From Halobacteriales archaeon QH_10_67_22 (GTDB lineage Archaea; Halobacteriota; Halobacteria; Halobacteriales; Haloarculaceae): DNA of 64,000 nucleotides. The notes under the pieces are model-generated. The model was not told the origin of the DNA, made no database searches, and worked only from the letters and a program-made list of their open reading frames with translations. Location: the NCBI GenBank assembly GCA_003021305.1, contig PXQN01000058.1:633-64632 (forward strand), read 5' to 3'. Both the position numbers and the translations under genes were made by a program. Of the stretch, positions 40,611-50,541 are shown piece after piece (the first letter of the stretch is position 1; every line of letters begins with the position of its first letter).

Positions 40611-41018
40611 ATGTTCGAACGGTTCTCGAGCGGGTACTACCTGGGGCGGCTGTACGTCCAGCCGGGTCAGCGCGAGCGGGCGGCGATCGCCCGCGCGGCA
40701 CACGAGCAGGTCACCGAACAACTGTACACCGACGAGGGAATAACACGGACGGACCTGCCGCTTGTGATGAAACTGGGAACCACACACTTCCCCGTGACCG
40801 GCGCGGAGAGTGTCCCCGCGGACACGCTCGCGGTCCCGGAGTCACTCGTCGAAGAGACGGACATCCGGAACCCGCCGACGCTCAGCGAAGTGTTCCTCGC
40901 CAAGGCCGAGCGCGCGCGCCAGCTCATCTCGGTCGCCGAGGGACTTCCCGGCGTCAGCACCGGCACCGGCACCACCGACGACCCGTTCGGTGGCCCGGAC
41001 GGACCGACCGGGATCTGA
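40611..41018 (+). CDS. Conserved haloarchaeal protein (DUF5802-like)
   Basis: MFERFSSGYYLGRLYVQP...PLVMKL signature. Confidence 0.75.
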   Translation: MFERFSSGYYLGRLYVQPGQRERAAIARAAHEQVTEQLYTDEGITRTDLPLVMKLGTTHFPVTGAESVPADTLAVPESLVEETDIRNPPTLSEVFLAKAERARQLISVAEGLPGVSTGTGTTDDPFGGPDGPTGI

Positions 41019-41095
41019 TACTGCCGGCTGTAAGTCTGTAGAGAATGTTGGCGCCACGTGGCGCGAATATCTTCACGATGTTACAGCCGACAGTA
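41019..41095. mobile_element. MITE-like hairpin element, family C (77 bp)
   Basis: TIR TACTGCCGGCTGTAA/TTACAGCCGACAGTA; central palindrome GCGCCACGTGGCGC; flanks TGA (stop codon)/TAA. Confidence 0.85.
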
Positions 41096-41144
41096 TAAGC
41101 CGAGGGGCGCCCTTTTAACACGGCGGGCCACAGTCTGTCGGGTG

Positions 41145-42041
41145 ATGCTCGACGAACTGCTCGGGCGCGCCGAGCTGAAAGACCGCATCGCCGACCTGGA
41201 GGAGGAACTGCGCCACTGCGAGCGCCAGCTGGAGGCCGAACAGGAACGCCGGGCCGACGCGGTCAGCGACAGGCAGACCGCCCAGGAGCGGGGCAACAGG
41301 CTGGAAGACCGCATCGCCGACCTGGAGGGGACCGTCGAGCGCCTGGAGTCCGGAGCCGACGAGGAACGGTCGTTCGCCCGGACGGAGACGCTGGCCGACG
41401 GGCGACTCGATGCCGTCCTCGACCGTCTCGGATCGTTCGGGACCGACCCCGAGGGGGCGTTCACGGCGTACGTCGCCGACGGGAACGCCCTCCCCGACAC
41501 AGTACGGGCGGCCTTCGGCGACCGGGCGGGGCTGGTCGGGCGGGCGGCGCCCTGTCTCGCCGTGACCGACGACGCGGGGCTGGTCGGGGCCTGTCTGTCG
41601 GTGCCCGACCCGCCCGCGCCGTTCACGGAGTGGGCCGACGGGTTCGAGTTCGACCGCGCGTGGTTCGAACCCGAGGGGTCGTACACGTTCGCGCTGGTCC
41701 GCTCGGACCTGTTCGCGATGGGCGAGTACGACGGCCGCGACCGGGTCGCGTTCCAGGGCTTCGACTCCGAACTGAAGAGCCAACACTCCAAGGGCGGCTA
41801 CTCCCAGTCGCGGTTCGAGCGACTGCGCGACGCACAGATCGACGACCACGTAGAACGGTGTCTGGTCGCCCTCGAAGACCGCGATACCGACCGGCTGTAC
41901 GTCGTCGGCGAGCGGACGGTAGTAGACGAGTTTTCGGACGTGGCGGACCTGACGGCGACGGTCGACGCGACGGGTGCCCCCGAGGCCGCCCTCGACGACG
42001 CCCGCCGGTCGTTCTGGAGCGTCGAGTTGCGGGCGCTGTAG
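41145..42041 (+). CDS. Vms1/ANKZF1-like (VLRF1) peptidyl-tRNA release protein
   Basis: N-terminal coiled coil; HSKGGYSQSRFER catalytic loop. Confidence 0.85.
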   Translation: MLDELLGRAELKDRIADLEEELRHCERQLEAEQERRADAVSDRQTAQERGNRLEDRIADLEGTVERLESGADEERSFARTETLADGRLDAVLDRLGSFGTDPEGAFTAYVADGNALPDTVRAAFGDRAGLVGRAAPCLAVTDDAGLVGACLSVPDPPAPFTEWADGFEFDRAWFEPEGSYTFALVRSDLFAMGEYDGRDRVAFQGFDSELKSQHSKGGYSQSRFERLRDAQIDDHVERCLVALEDRDTDRLYVVGERTVVDEFSDVADLTATVDATGAPEAALDDARRSFWSVELRAL

Positions 42042-42138
42042 GCCGGAACGTCGAGTCGGCCGTCCTGTCGGTCCGGAGCGTCGAGTCGGGCGGTGTCGCG
42101 GGAGACGGCTTTTTGTCCGGGCGTGCCCTCCCGTGGGT

Positions 42139-43464
42139 ATGGTCGTCGGAGACGTCACGACTGGCACGGACGTACTGGTCATCGGCGGCGGGCCGGGCGG
42201 CTACGTCGCCGCCATCCGCGCCGGACAGTTAGGGATGGACGTCACTCTCGTCGAGGCCGACGCCTACGGGGGGACCTGCCTCAACCACGGCTGTATCCCG
42301 TCGAAGGCATTGGTCTCGGCGGCCGACGTCGCCCACGACGCCCGGACCGCCGAACACATGGGCGTCCACGCCGACCCCGCGGTCGACGTCGCCGGGATGG
42401 TCGACTGGAAAGACGGGGTCGTCGACCAGCTCACCGGCGGCGTCGAGAAACTGTGCAAGGCCGCCGGCGTGGAACTCGTCTCCGGTCGGGCGGAGTTCGC
42501 TGGCGAACACACCGCCCGAGTCGTCTACGGCGGCGACGGCCAAGGGTCCGAGACTGTCGAGTTCGAACACGCAATCATCGCCACCGGCTCGCGCCCGGTC
42601 GAGGTACCCGGCTTCGCCTTCGAGGACGAGCCGACGCGCGAGGCGCTCGCCCTGGAGACCCTGCCCGAGTCGCTGGTCGTCGTCGGCGCCGGCTACATCG
42701 GAATGGAGCTGTCGACAGTGTTCCAGAAACTGGGCTGTGACGTGACCGTCGTGGAGATGCTGGCCGACGCGCTCCCGGGCTACGAGGACGACATCACACG
42801 AGTCGTCCGGGAACGGGCCGCCGACCTGGGCGTCGACTTTCACTTCGGGGAGTCGGCGACCGGCTGGGAACGGGCGAGCGAGGGGATCACCGTCCTGACC
42901 GAGGACGAGGGCGGCGACGTCTCGGAGTTCGGCGCCGAATACTGTCTGGTCGCGGTCGGCCGCAGCCCGGTGACGGACACGTTCAACCTGGCGGCGGTTG
43001 ACCTCGAACCAGACGAGGAGAGCTTTCTCGCGACCGACGACCAGGCACGGACCGACGTGGACCACGTGTTCGCGGTCGGCGACGTCGCCGGGGAACCGAT
43101 GCTCGCCCACAAGGCCAGCGCCGAGGGCGAAGTCGCCGCCGAGGTGATCGCGGGCGAACCGGCCGGGCTGGACTACCAGGCGGTCCCGGCGGCGGTGTTC
43201 ACGAGCGGGCGGGCGCTGACCGTCGACGACACCGACGGGTTCGTCCGCGTCGTCGCCGCGACCGACGGCGAGTTCCTCCTGGGCGGGCAGGTCGTCGGCC
43301 CCGAGGCCTCGGAGCTGGTCGCCGAACTCGGGCTGGCCGTCGAGATGGGCGCACAGCTGGGAGATGTCGCGGCCACCGTCCACACCCACCCGACGCTCTC
43401 AGAGGCCGTCCGGGAGGCCTGTGCGAACGCGCTCGGCGAGGCCGTTCACACGCTCAACCGCTGA
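42139..43464 (+). pseudogene. lpdA: Dihydrolipoamide dehydrogenase (E3) with two in-frame deletions
   Basis: GGTCLNHGCIPSK and HPTLSE are intact; AVFT|SGRAL lacks the roughly 30-residue DPEIxxVG...FP segment; EDEP|TREAL is also short. Confidence 0.75.
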
Positions 43465-43541
43465 GGTCGTGGTACGCGGTATCACAAAGGTCTTATACAG
43501 GAACGGGAAAATCACAGTCAACGCCAGTCGAGGCGTCGGGA

Positions 43542-44183
43542 ATGGACATGAAACGAGACCAGCGAGACGACGACCTGCCCGAGGACACGATCTTACAGCG
43601 GGCGCTCAGCGAGTCGCCCTACGAGCGCAAGCGAGTCGAAGCGTTTTCACACTTCAAACAACCGATCCCGCGGAAGCTGACGATCCAGGGGGCGTTACTC
43701 GGGTCGCTGGTGTTGCTGTTGCCGCTGTACAGCCTCTACCCGGCCGAGGCCGCGGCGTACCTGCCGTCGATGGACCCGGTGGTAGCGTCGCCGAAGGTGC
43801 TGTTGCTCGGCGCGTTCGGCGCGTCGATCGAGGTCGCCACTGCAGTGTTGCTCGTCGGGGTCGCGCTGTACCGGGTGAAACACGAACCCGTCACCGAGGA
43901 GGAGGCGCGAACGCTGTTCAACGTCGAGACGTTCGCCAGCTACCTCGGGTTCGGGACCGGCGGGCTCGTCATCGCGCTGACGCTGGGCTTTTTCACGCTC
44001 GGGATGGGCGGTGAGTCCGCACTGATGTGGTACGTCGACACGATGAACGGCAGGAACCCCTTCACGGGGACCGGAACGAGCTTTTCCGTGGGCCACCTGG
44101 CGGCGTTCGCACTCGCCGGCGCGCTGGCCATCGCAATCGCGCGGGGGTATGTCGCGACGGCACTCGGGTCGATAGATACCTGA
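43542..44183 (+). CDS. Hypothetical four-TM membrane protein
   Basis: Clean ORF with four hydrophobic segments. Confidence 0.7.
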   Translation: MDMKRDQRDDDLPEDTILQRALSESPYERKRVEAFSHFKQPIPRKLTIQGALLGSLVLLLPLYSLYPAEAAAYLPSMDPVVASPKVLLLGAFGASIEVATAVLLVGVALYRVKHEPVTEEEARTLFNVETFASYLGFGTGGLVIALTLGFFTLGMGGESALMWYVDTMNGRNPFTGTGTSFSVGHLAAFALAGALAIAIARGYVATALGSIDT

Positions 44184-44253
44184 ACGGACAGGGTCCGGCC
44201 GCGGGCCCGTGACACCGCGACGTTTTTTACGCCGACCGGCAAATCGAGGGGTG

Positions 44254-45105
44254 ATGGAAGCACTCACGCTCGGTCCCGCGGGGACCTACTCCCACCGTGC
44301 GGCCAAGGCCGTGGCCGACGAGGTGGCCTTTACCGAGTCCGTGTCGGCGATCGTCGAGGCCGTCGCCAGCGGGGAGTACGACCGGGGGGTCGTCCCGGTC
44401 GAGAACAGCACCGACGGCTCCGTGATCGAGTCGCTGGACGCCTTCGCCGAGTACGACGTGGCGATCGTGCGCGAACTCATCACACCGATCCGCCACGCCC
44501 TGCTCGCCCAGGGGCCCGAGTTCGACGTCGTCGCCAGCCACGCCCAGGCGCTGGCCCAGTGCCGGAACTACCTCGACGAGAACTACCCAACCGCCGACCT
44601 GGAGGCCGTCGCCAGCACCGCCCGCGGCGTCGAGCGCGCCCGCGAGAACCCCGGCGTCGCCGGCATCGGCCACCCCGAAAACGCCGCGGGACACGGTCCC
44701 GCGAGCAGTCAGACGGGGTCTGACGACGCGGACGGCGACCTCCAGGTGCTCGCCGAGGACATCCAGGACCAGTCCTCGAACGCGACGCGGTTCGTCGTCC
44801 TCGCGCCCGCGAGCGAGCGCTCGGAAGCCGGCGCCAAGACCTCGTTTATCGTCTACCCCAACGTCGACTACCCCGGACTGTTGCTGGAACTGCTGGAACC
44901 GTTCGCCGAGCGGGACATCAACCTCACCCGCGTCGAATCCCGCCCCAGCGGGGAGCGACTCGGCGACTACGTCTTCCACGTCGACATCGCCGCCGGCCTC
45001 TACGAGGAACGGACCCAGGACGCCCTCGCCGAGATCGAGGCGATCGCCAGCGAGGGGTGGGTCCGCCGACTGGGGTCGTACGACAGCGAGACCGTGCTGT
45101 ATTGA
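44254..45105 (+). CDS. pheA: Prephenate dehydratase
   Basis: LGPAGTYS, PVENS, NATRF and NLTRVESRP motifs. Confidence 0.95.
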   Translation: MEALTLGPAGTYSHRAAKAVADEVAFTESVSAIVEAVASGEYDRGVVPVENSTDGSVIESLDAFAEYDVAIVRELITPIRHALLAQGPEFDVVASHAQALAQCRNYLDENYPTADLEAVASTARGVERARENPGVAGIGHPENAAGHGPASSQTGSDDADGDLQVLAEDIQDQSSNATRFVVLAPASERSEAGAKTSFIVYPNVDYPGLLLELLEPFAERDINLTRVESRPSGERLGDYVFHVDIAAGLYEERTQDALAEIEAIASEGWVRRLGSYDSETVLY

Positions 45106-45157
45106 GGCCCGCACGCGACACCGCGCGCTTAAGACCGGCGGCCCGCTACGACCGGAC

Positions 45158-45556
45158 ATGGCACGCAGTAGCGACCTGTTCGAAGACATCGAGGAACTGC
45201 TCGACGTAGTGACCGGCGGACTGGAGCCGACGGGGGCCGGGCTACCGGTCGACGTGGCTGACACCGGGGAGTCGTTCGTGGTCGTCGCGGACCTCCCGGG
45301 CCACGACCGCGAGGACATCAGCGTCACGCTGCCCGACGACACGACGCTGGCGGTCGACGCCGAGCGCGACACCAGCCACGACGACGCGGGGCGATACGTC
45401 ACCCGCGAGCGTTCGAGCGACGCCGTCAGCCGCCGCGTCGGTCTGCCCGACCCCGTCGAGGAGGGAGAGACAAGCGCCTCCTACGAGGACGGCGTCCTCT
45501 CGGTGACGCTGCCCAAACGGTCGGGCGGCAACGACACCGAGATCCCCGTCGAATGA
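45158..45556 (+). CDS. Hsp20 small heat-shock protein
   Basis: ADLPG...ASYEDGVLSVTLPK. Confidence 0.92.
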   Translation: MARSSDLFEDIEELLDVVTGGLEPTGAGLPVDVADTGESFVVVADLPGHDREDISVTLPDDTTLAVDAERDTSHDDAGRYVTRERSSDAVSRRVGLPDPVEEGETSASYEDGVLSVTLPKRSGGNDTEIPVE

Positions 45557-46005
45557 CGGTCGAACCTGGCGACCCGGCGCCGGAGTTTCGCGCGCCCAAC
45601 CAGGACGGCCAGCCGGTGCGCCCGGACTGGTCGGGCGTCTCGGTCGTCTACTTCTACCCGGCCGACGACACGCCGGGCTGTACCGTCGAAGCCAGCCAGT
45701 TCCAGGCCGAACTGGCGACCTACCGCGAGGCCGGCGTCACCGTCTACGGGGTCTCGGTCGACGGCGTCGACTCCCACGCCGCCTTCGCCGACGAGTACGG
45801 CATCGAGTTCGACCTCCTGGCCGACCCGGACGGCGAGGTCTGTGCGGCGTTCGGCGTGGCGACAGACCGCGGGGTTGCGAACCGGTCGACGTTCGTCGTC
45901 GTCGACGGGACGGTCACGGCAGTCTACGACGGCGTCGCGCCCGACGGCCACGCCCGCGACGTGCTCCGGGACCTGGTCGAGACGGGGGTCGTCATGCTGG
46001 ATTGA
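45553..46005 (+). CDS. bcp: Peroxiredoxin (BCP/PrxQ type)
   Basis: YFYPADDTPGCTVEA. Confidence 0.9.
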   Translation: MTVEPGDPAPEFRAPNQDGQPVRPDWSGVSVVYFYPADDTPGCTVEASQFQAELATYREAGVTVYGVSVDGVDSHAAFADEYGIEFDLLADPDGEVCAAFGVATDRGVANRSTFVVVDGTVTAVYDGVAPDGHARDVLRDLVETGVVMLD

Positions 46006-46086
46006 CCCGGAGACGGCGACCCACCGGATGGAACCAATATCGCCGGACGAGGAAAAGATATTGCCCACCCGAGAGATACCCCGCTA

Positions 46087-46716
46087 ATGGCACGCATCGA
46101 ACGGTTGCGAGTGTACCCGGTCAAGGGGATCGAGGGGGTCGACGTCCAGGAGTCCAGGATCCGGGACGGAGGAACTCTCGCCTGGGACAGAGAGTTCGCG
46201 CTGTTCGACGACGGAGGCAAGGTGTTCAACGCGAAGCGAAGCGACCGTTTTCACGACCTGTCGACGGGCTTCGACATCGAGACGGGGGAACTCGCCATCG
46301 ACACGGGCCCGGGGGAGGTCCGCCGGTTCGCCCTCGAATCGGGCGTCGACCGTCTCCGCGCCGAGGAGTGGTTCAGCGACTTCTTCGGGGCCGAGCTGAC
46401 GCTGGAGCGGGACGGGGAGACGGGCTTCGTCGACCGGACCGAGATGGGACCGTCGGTCGTCAGCACCGCGACGCTTTCGACGGTCGCGGGGTGGTTCGAC
46501 GACGTAACGACCGACGGGGCGCGGCGCCGGATCCGCGCCAACGTCGAAGTGGCAGGCGTCCCCGCGTTCTGGGAGGACCGCTTTCTCGGCGACGACGCGC
46601 CGGCGTTCGAGGCCGGCGGCGTCCGCTTCGAGGGGGTCACCCCCTGTGGCCGGTGTGTCGTCCCCGAGCGCGACCCCGACACCGGCGAGCCGCTGGCGGG
46701 CTTCGTCGAGGACTAA
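46087..46716 (+). CDS. MOSC-domain protein, possibly C-terminally shortened
   Basis: YPVKG, DREFAL, RRIRANV and PCGRCVVP motifs; ends soon after DPDTGE. Confidence 0.8.
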   Translation: MARIERLRVYPVKGIEGVDVQESRIRDGGTLAWDREFALFDDGGKVFNAKRSDRFHDLSTGFDIETGELAIDTGPGEVRRFALESGVDRLRAEEWFSDFFGAELTLERDGETGFVDRTEMGPSVVSTATLSTVAGWFDDVTTDGARRRIRANVEVAGVPAFWEDRFLGDDAPAFEAGGVRFEGVTPCGRCVVPERDPDTGEPLAGFVED

Positions 46717-46784
46717 GTCCGGTCGCCACGGCGAGGCACCCGGGAGTCGAAACACCGAGGGTGGTCGCCCCACTCGGGGGAGAC

Positions 46785-47426
46785 ATGCCCACGTTCGACG
46801 TGTACCTCGTCACCCAGGAGAGTCGCTCGGCGGGCCGTTCGACCCGCGAGGTGGTCGAAGCGGCCCTCACGGGCGGCGTCGACGTCGTCCAGCTCCGGGA
46901 GAAAGGCCGGACGGCCCGCGAGCGCTACCGGCTCGGTCGGGACCTCCGGGAACGGACCCGCGAGGCTGGCGTGACCTTCCTCGTCAACGACCGGGTCGAC
47001 CTCGCGCGGGCTGTCGACGCCGACGGCGTCCACCTCGGCGACGAGGACCTGCCGGTCGAGGCTGCCCGCGAGTTGCTCGGCCCCGGCGGCGTGGTCGGCC
47101 GGTCGGTGTCGCTCGTCGACGACGCCCGCGCGGCCGAACGGGCGGGAGCGGACTACCTCGGCGTCGGCGCCGTCTACCCCACCGACACGAAAGCCGACAT
47201 CGACGACGACGAGTACGCCGTCGGTCCCGAACGCGTCGCCGAGATCAGCGACGCCGTCGACGTTCCCGTCGTCGCCATCGGCGGGATTACGGTCGAGAAC
47301 GCGCCCGACGTCGTCGCGGCCGGCGCCGACGGCGTCGCGACTATCACGGCGGTCACGGCGGCCGCCGAACCCGAGCGCGCGACGCGGGCGCTTGGCGAGG
47401 CGGTCGAGCGCGGGCGCGACGGCTGA
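46785..47426 (+). CDS. thiE: Thiamine-phosphate synthase
   Basis: VQLREK, VNDRVD, DGVHLG and AIGGI motifs. Confidence 0.94.
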   Translation: MPTFDVYLVTQESRSAGRSTREVVEAALTGGVDVVQLREKGRTARERYRLGRDLRERTREAGVTFLVNDRVDLARAVDADGVHLGDEDLPVEAARELLGPGGVVGRSVSLVDDARAAERAGADYLGVGAVYPTDTKADIDDDEYAVGPERVAEISDAVDVPVVAIGGITVENAPDVVAAGADGVATITAVTAAAEPERATRALGEAVERGRDG

Positions 47427-47481
47427 CGCGGCGTCTCGGCGCTGTACCCGGCCGGACGGTGGACTTGTCAACCTGTGGCCC

Positions 47482-47612
47482 CTACGACGGGTATGAGCCG
47501 ATGGACCGCCGGTCGTCCGGCCGGGCGCGAGAGTCATCTGTGCGGCCTGGGCGTCGTCGGTCGTCAGCCTGACGTCGAAGAATCCCTCGAAGTCGAGACT
47601 GGTCTGTTGCAC
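47482..47612 (-). pseudogene. Cupin-domain N-terminal remnant
   Basis: LDFEGFFDVRLTTDDAQAAQMTLAPGRTTGGP followed by loss of coding character. Confidence 0.5.
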
Positions 47613-47654
47613 ACGCTACGGTCGGACCCCGACCGAAAAAACGCCACCGTCCCG

Positions 47655-47924
47655 TCAGTCGTCGCGTTCGGACTCGCGGTGGGCCTGCCTGAACAGGTGG
47701 ACCCACTCGGCAAAGGAGCCACGCATCCCGTCGATGGTAACCGTGACCTGGCCGTCGACCCTCCACTGGGCGCGTTCGCTGTCCTCGCCGAAGGCCAGCG
47801 GGACGTCGACGCTCAGGTCCTCGGCCGCCAGTGTCAGCGACTCTTCTCGCTCGACGCTCTCGTCCAGCAGGTCGTCCGCCAGGTCGAGCCAGGTCTGATC
47901 CGACTCCGACGAGGATCTGGCCAT
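47655..47924 (-). CDS. Small acidic hypothetical protein
   Basis: Acidic ORF containing VDVPLAFGED...WRVDG. Confidence 0.65.
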   Translation of the reverse strand: MARSSSESDQTWLDLADDLLDESVEREESLTLAAEDLSVDVPLAFGEDSERAQWRVDGQVTVTIDGMRGSFAEWVHLFRQAHRESERDD

Positions 47925-47925
47925 A

Positions 47926-49014
47926 CTACCGCTTGGACCCCCCGGTTCTTGACACTTCTGTCGGCCGGCCATCGGCAGCGGTCGACCTGATCGCCGCCCG
48001 CAGTGCGGTCTCGGCGACGGTCGTCCCGCAGTCGGCGGTCCGGCGGACGGCGTCGACCGCCCGGACCGTCCGGACGGCCGTCGGCACAGTCACGTCGTGG
48101 TCGCAGACGAGCGCTCCCTCGATCGCATCGGCCCGGTCGACGACCGCGTGGCAGTCTGCGAGCAACGACTGAGCGGCCGGGGCGGTCGCCCCGTCCAGCA
48201 CCGCGGTGGTGGCGTCGCCGACGGTCTCTCTGGCCGCCCGGGCGGTCTCGCGGAGACTCTCGCCGACCTCCTCGGGCAGGCCCTGCCCCGCGTCGTCGAC
48301 GGTCCCGGCCAGTTCGATCCCCAGGTCGGCGACCCGTTCGAGTGCGCGGGCCGTGACGTAGTAGTCGAACAGGTCGGGCCGCGAGACGCCCAGGCGGTCG
48401 ACCTCGCCGAACGAGACCAGCGACCGCGCGAAGTGGCGCGCGACCATCCGGCAGAGCCGGTCGGCCTCGTCGCGGCGCTCGGCCAGTCGGGCCGCCGCGT
48501 CGGGGTCGCCCGCGAGGACCGCGTCGGTCGCGCCCTCGTGGATCGACTGGGCACTGAACTGGAGCTGGACGACCGACTGTCGCACGGAGACGGTCCCCGC
48601 ATCGAGCAGGTGCTGGACGGTGATCTCCCTGGCGGTGTCGACGAACAGGTCGGTTCCGACGAGCGTGCGCACGACCGAGCGGGCGGCCCGGCGCTGCTCG
48701 TCGGTGAACTCGCCGCTCCCGGCCCCGCTGTCGCTCCCGGTGCCCGGACGGAGCGTCACCGTCTCGAAGCCGGCGGCGTGGGCGCCCCGGAGCGCGCGCT
48801 CGACCAGTGCGGGGTCGGGCCCGTCGACGACCAGTTCGACCGCCGCGAGCGCGCCGGCGTCGGTCTCGGCGTCCCGGACGACGATGGAGCCGTCGCTGTG
48901 GGTGTACAGGTACAGCTCCATCCCCGCTTCGAGCGAGTGGTCGTCGGCCCAGTCTTTGGGGATCGAGACGGTGTAGGTACCGCCGCCGACCTGCTGGAGT
49001 TTGCGCGTCTCCAT
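47926..49014 (-). CDS. AbrB-PhoU phosphate-uptake regulator
   Basis: METRKLQQVGGGTYTVSIPKDWA AbrB domain followed by PhoU repeats. Confidence 0.88.
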   Translation of the reverse strand: METRKLQQVGGGTYTVSIPKDWADDHSLEAGMELYLYTHSDGSIVVRDAETDAGALAAVELVVDGPDPALVERALRGAHAAGFETVTLRPGTGSDSGAGSGEFTDEQRRAARSVVRTLVGTDLFVDTAREITVQHLLDAGTVSVRQSVVQLQFSAQSIHEGATDAVLAGDPDAAARLAERRDEADRLCRMVARHFARSLVSFGEVDRLGVSRPDLFDYYVTARALERVADLGIELAGTVDDAGQGLPEEVGESLRETARAARETVGDATTAVLDGATAPAAQSLLADCHAVVDRADAIEGALVCDHDVTVPTAVRTVRAVDAVRRTADCGTTVAETALRAAIRSTAADGRPTEVSRTGGSKR

Positions 49015-49688
49015 CAGTAGATCAGTTCCGGGTCCTCCTCGACCATGTACAGGGTGCGCGCGGCGACGTTGACCGCGTGGTCGCCGACCCGTTCGAGGTC
49101 ACGCACCGTCAACAGCAGTCGCGACACGTCGTCAAGCAGGCGCTCGGCCGCCCAGGCGTCGTTGCCGGCCTCCCCGGCGATCAGTTCGCGGACGACCGCC
49201 TCACTGGCGCGCTGACACAGCGCGTCGACCTCGTCGTCGCGGCGAGCGACGGTCCGACACGCCGCCGCGTCGCCGTCGGCGTAGGCGTCCAGCGCCGCGG
49301 TCAACTGGTCGCGACACAGCGTCCCGATACGGGCCACGTCGACGTCAGTCGGGTCGGCGTGCTCGGCCGCGAGCGCGTACTCCCCGAAGTTGGTCGCCAG
49401 GTCGCCGACCCGCTCTAGGTCGGTGAGGATCTTGAACGACGCGGCGACGAATCGCAGGTCCCCCGCGACCGGCTGCTGGAGCGCCAGCAGGTCGATACAC
49501 TCCTGTTCGAGCGCGAGATATCGGTCGTTTATCGCCTCGTCACCCTCGAACACCCGGCGAGCGAGCGCCGCGTCCCGCCGGTCTAACGCCTCCAGCGCGA
49601 GGTCGAACTGGTCTAACACGTCGGCGCCCATCGCCCTGACGTCGGCCCGCAGGTCGGCCAGCGACTCCTGGTAGTTCTCCCGGGGCAT
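49014..49688 (-). CDS. phoU: Phosphate signalling protein PhoU
   Basis: QQPVAGDLR, DLERVGD (twice) and HAVNVA motifs. Confidence 0.94.
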   Translation of the reverse strand: MPRENYQESLADLRADVRAMGADVLDQFDLALEALDRRDAALARRVFEGDEAINDRYLALEQECIDLLALQQPVAGDLRFVAASFKILTDLERVGDLATNFGEYALAAEHADPTDVDVARIGTLCRDQLTAALDAYADGDAAACRTVARRDDEVDALCQRASEAVVRELIAGEAGNDAWAAERLLDDVSRLLLTVRDLERVGDHAVNVAARTLYMVEEDPELIY

Positions 49689-49691
49689 CTG

Positions 49692-50522
49692 TCACCCGAA
49701 CTTCCCGGTGATGTAGTCCTCGACGCGCTCGTGAGCGGGATTCTCGAAGATCGTCTGTGTGTCGTCGAATTCGACGAGTTCGCCGCCGGTGAGAAAGACA
49801 GCCGTGTAGTCGGAGATGCGGGCGGCCTGTTGCATATTGTGGGTGACGATGACGACCGTGTAGTCCTCGGCCAGTTCCTCGATGAGGTCTTCGATCTTCG
49901 AGGTGGCGATCGGGTCCAGCGCCGAGGCGGGTTCGTCCATCAGGATCACCTCGGGGTCGACCGCGATGGCACGGGCGATACAGAGGCGCTGTTGCTGGCC
50001 GCCCGAGAGGTCAAGCGCGGACTTGTCGAGCTGGCCCTCGACCTCCTTCCAGAGAGCCGCCCGTTTGAGCGCTCGTTCGACCCGCTCGTCCAGGTTCTTC
50101 GTGTCACCCTGGACCCGCAGGCCGTAGGCGACGTTGTCGTAGATGCTCTTGGGGAACGGGTTGGGGTGTTGAAACACCATGCCGATCTTGCGGCGCAGCG
50201 CGACGGGGTCGACCTCGTCCCCGTAGATGTCGGCCCCTTCGAAGCGGAGTTCACCCTCGATCGTGGCCGCCTCCACGAGGTCGTTCATCCGGTTGATACA
50301 CCGCAGGAACGTCGACTTGCCACAGCCCGAGGGCCCGATGATGGCGGTCACCTGCCGTCTCGGGATCTCCATGTCGACGTCGTTCAGCGCTGGCTCTTCG
50401 CCGTAGTACACGTTCAATCCCAGGGACCGGACGACGGGGTCGGCATCCACCGTTCGTTCGGTGGCGGCGCCGGCCGTCACGTCGGTCGAGATGAGGGATT
50501 GGGTCGTTTCCTGTTCACTCAT
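49692..50522 (-). CDS. pstB: Phosphate ABC transporter ATPase
   Basis: [17 protein letters not shown] and YITGKFG motifs. Confidence 0.96.
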   Translation of the reverse strand: MSEQETTQSLISTDVTAGAATERTVDADPVVRSLGLNVYYGEEPALNDVDMEIPRRQVTAIIGPSGCGKSTFLRCINRMNDLVEAATIEGELRFEGADIYGDEVDPVALRRKIGMVFQHPNPFPKSIYDNVAYGLRVQGDTKNLDERVERALKRAALWKEVEGQLDKSALDLSGGQQQRLCIARAIAVDPEVILMDEPASALDPIATSKIEDLIEELAEDYTVVIVTHNMQQAARISDYTAVFLTGGELVEFDDTQTIFENPAHERVEDYITGKFG

Positions 50523-50541
50523 TGTTGTTCGTTCGTCGTGG

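Noticed and set aside
42043..42089. 17-bp direct repeat CCGGARCGTCGAGTCGG upstream of lpdA
   Set aside because: Only two copies in GC-rich DNA; probably a local duplication
46716..46785. TPP riboswitch upstream of thiE
   Set aside because: Too short and lacks the CTGAGA core
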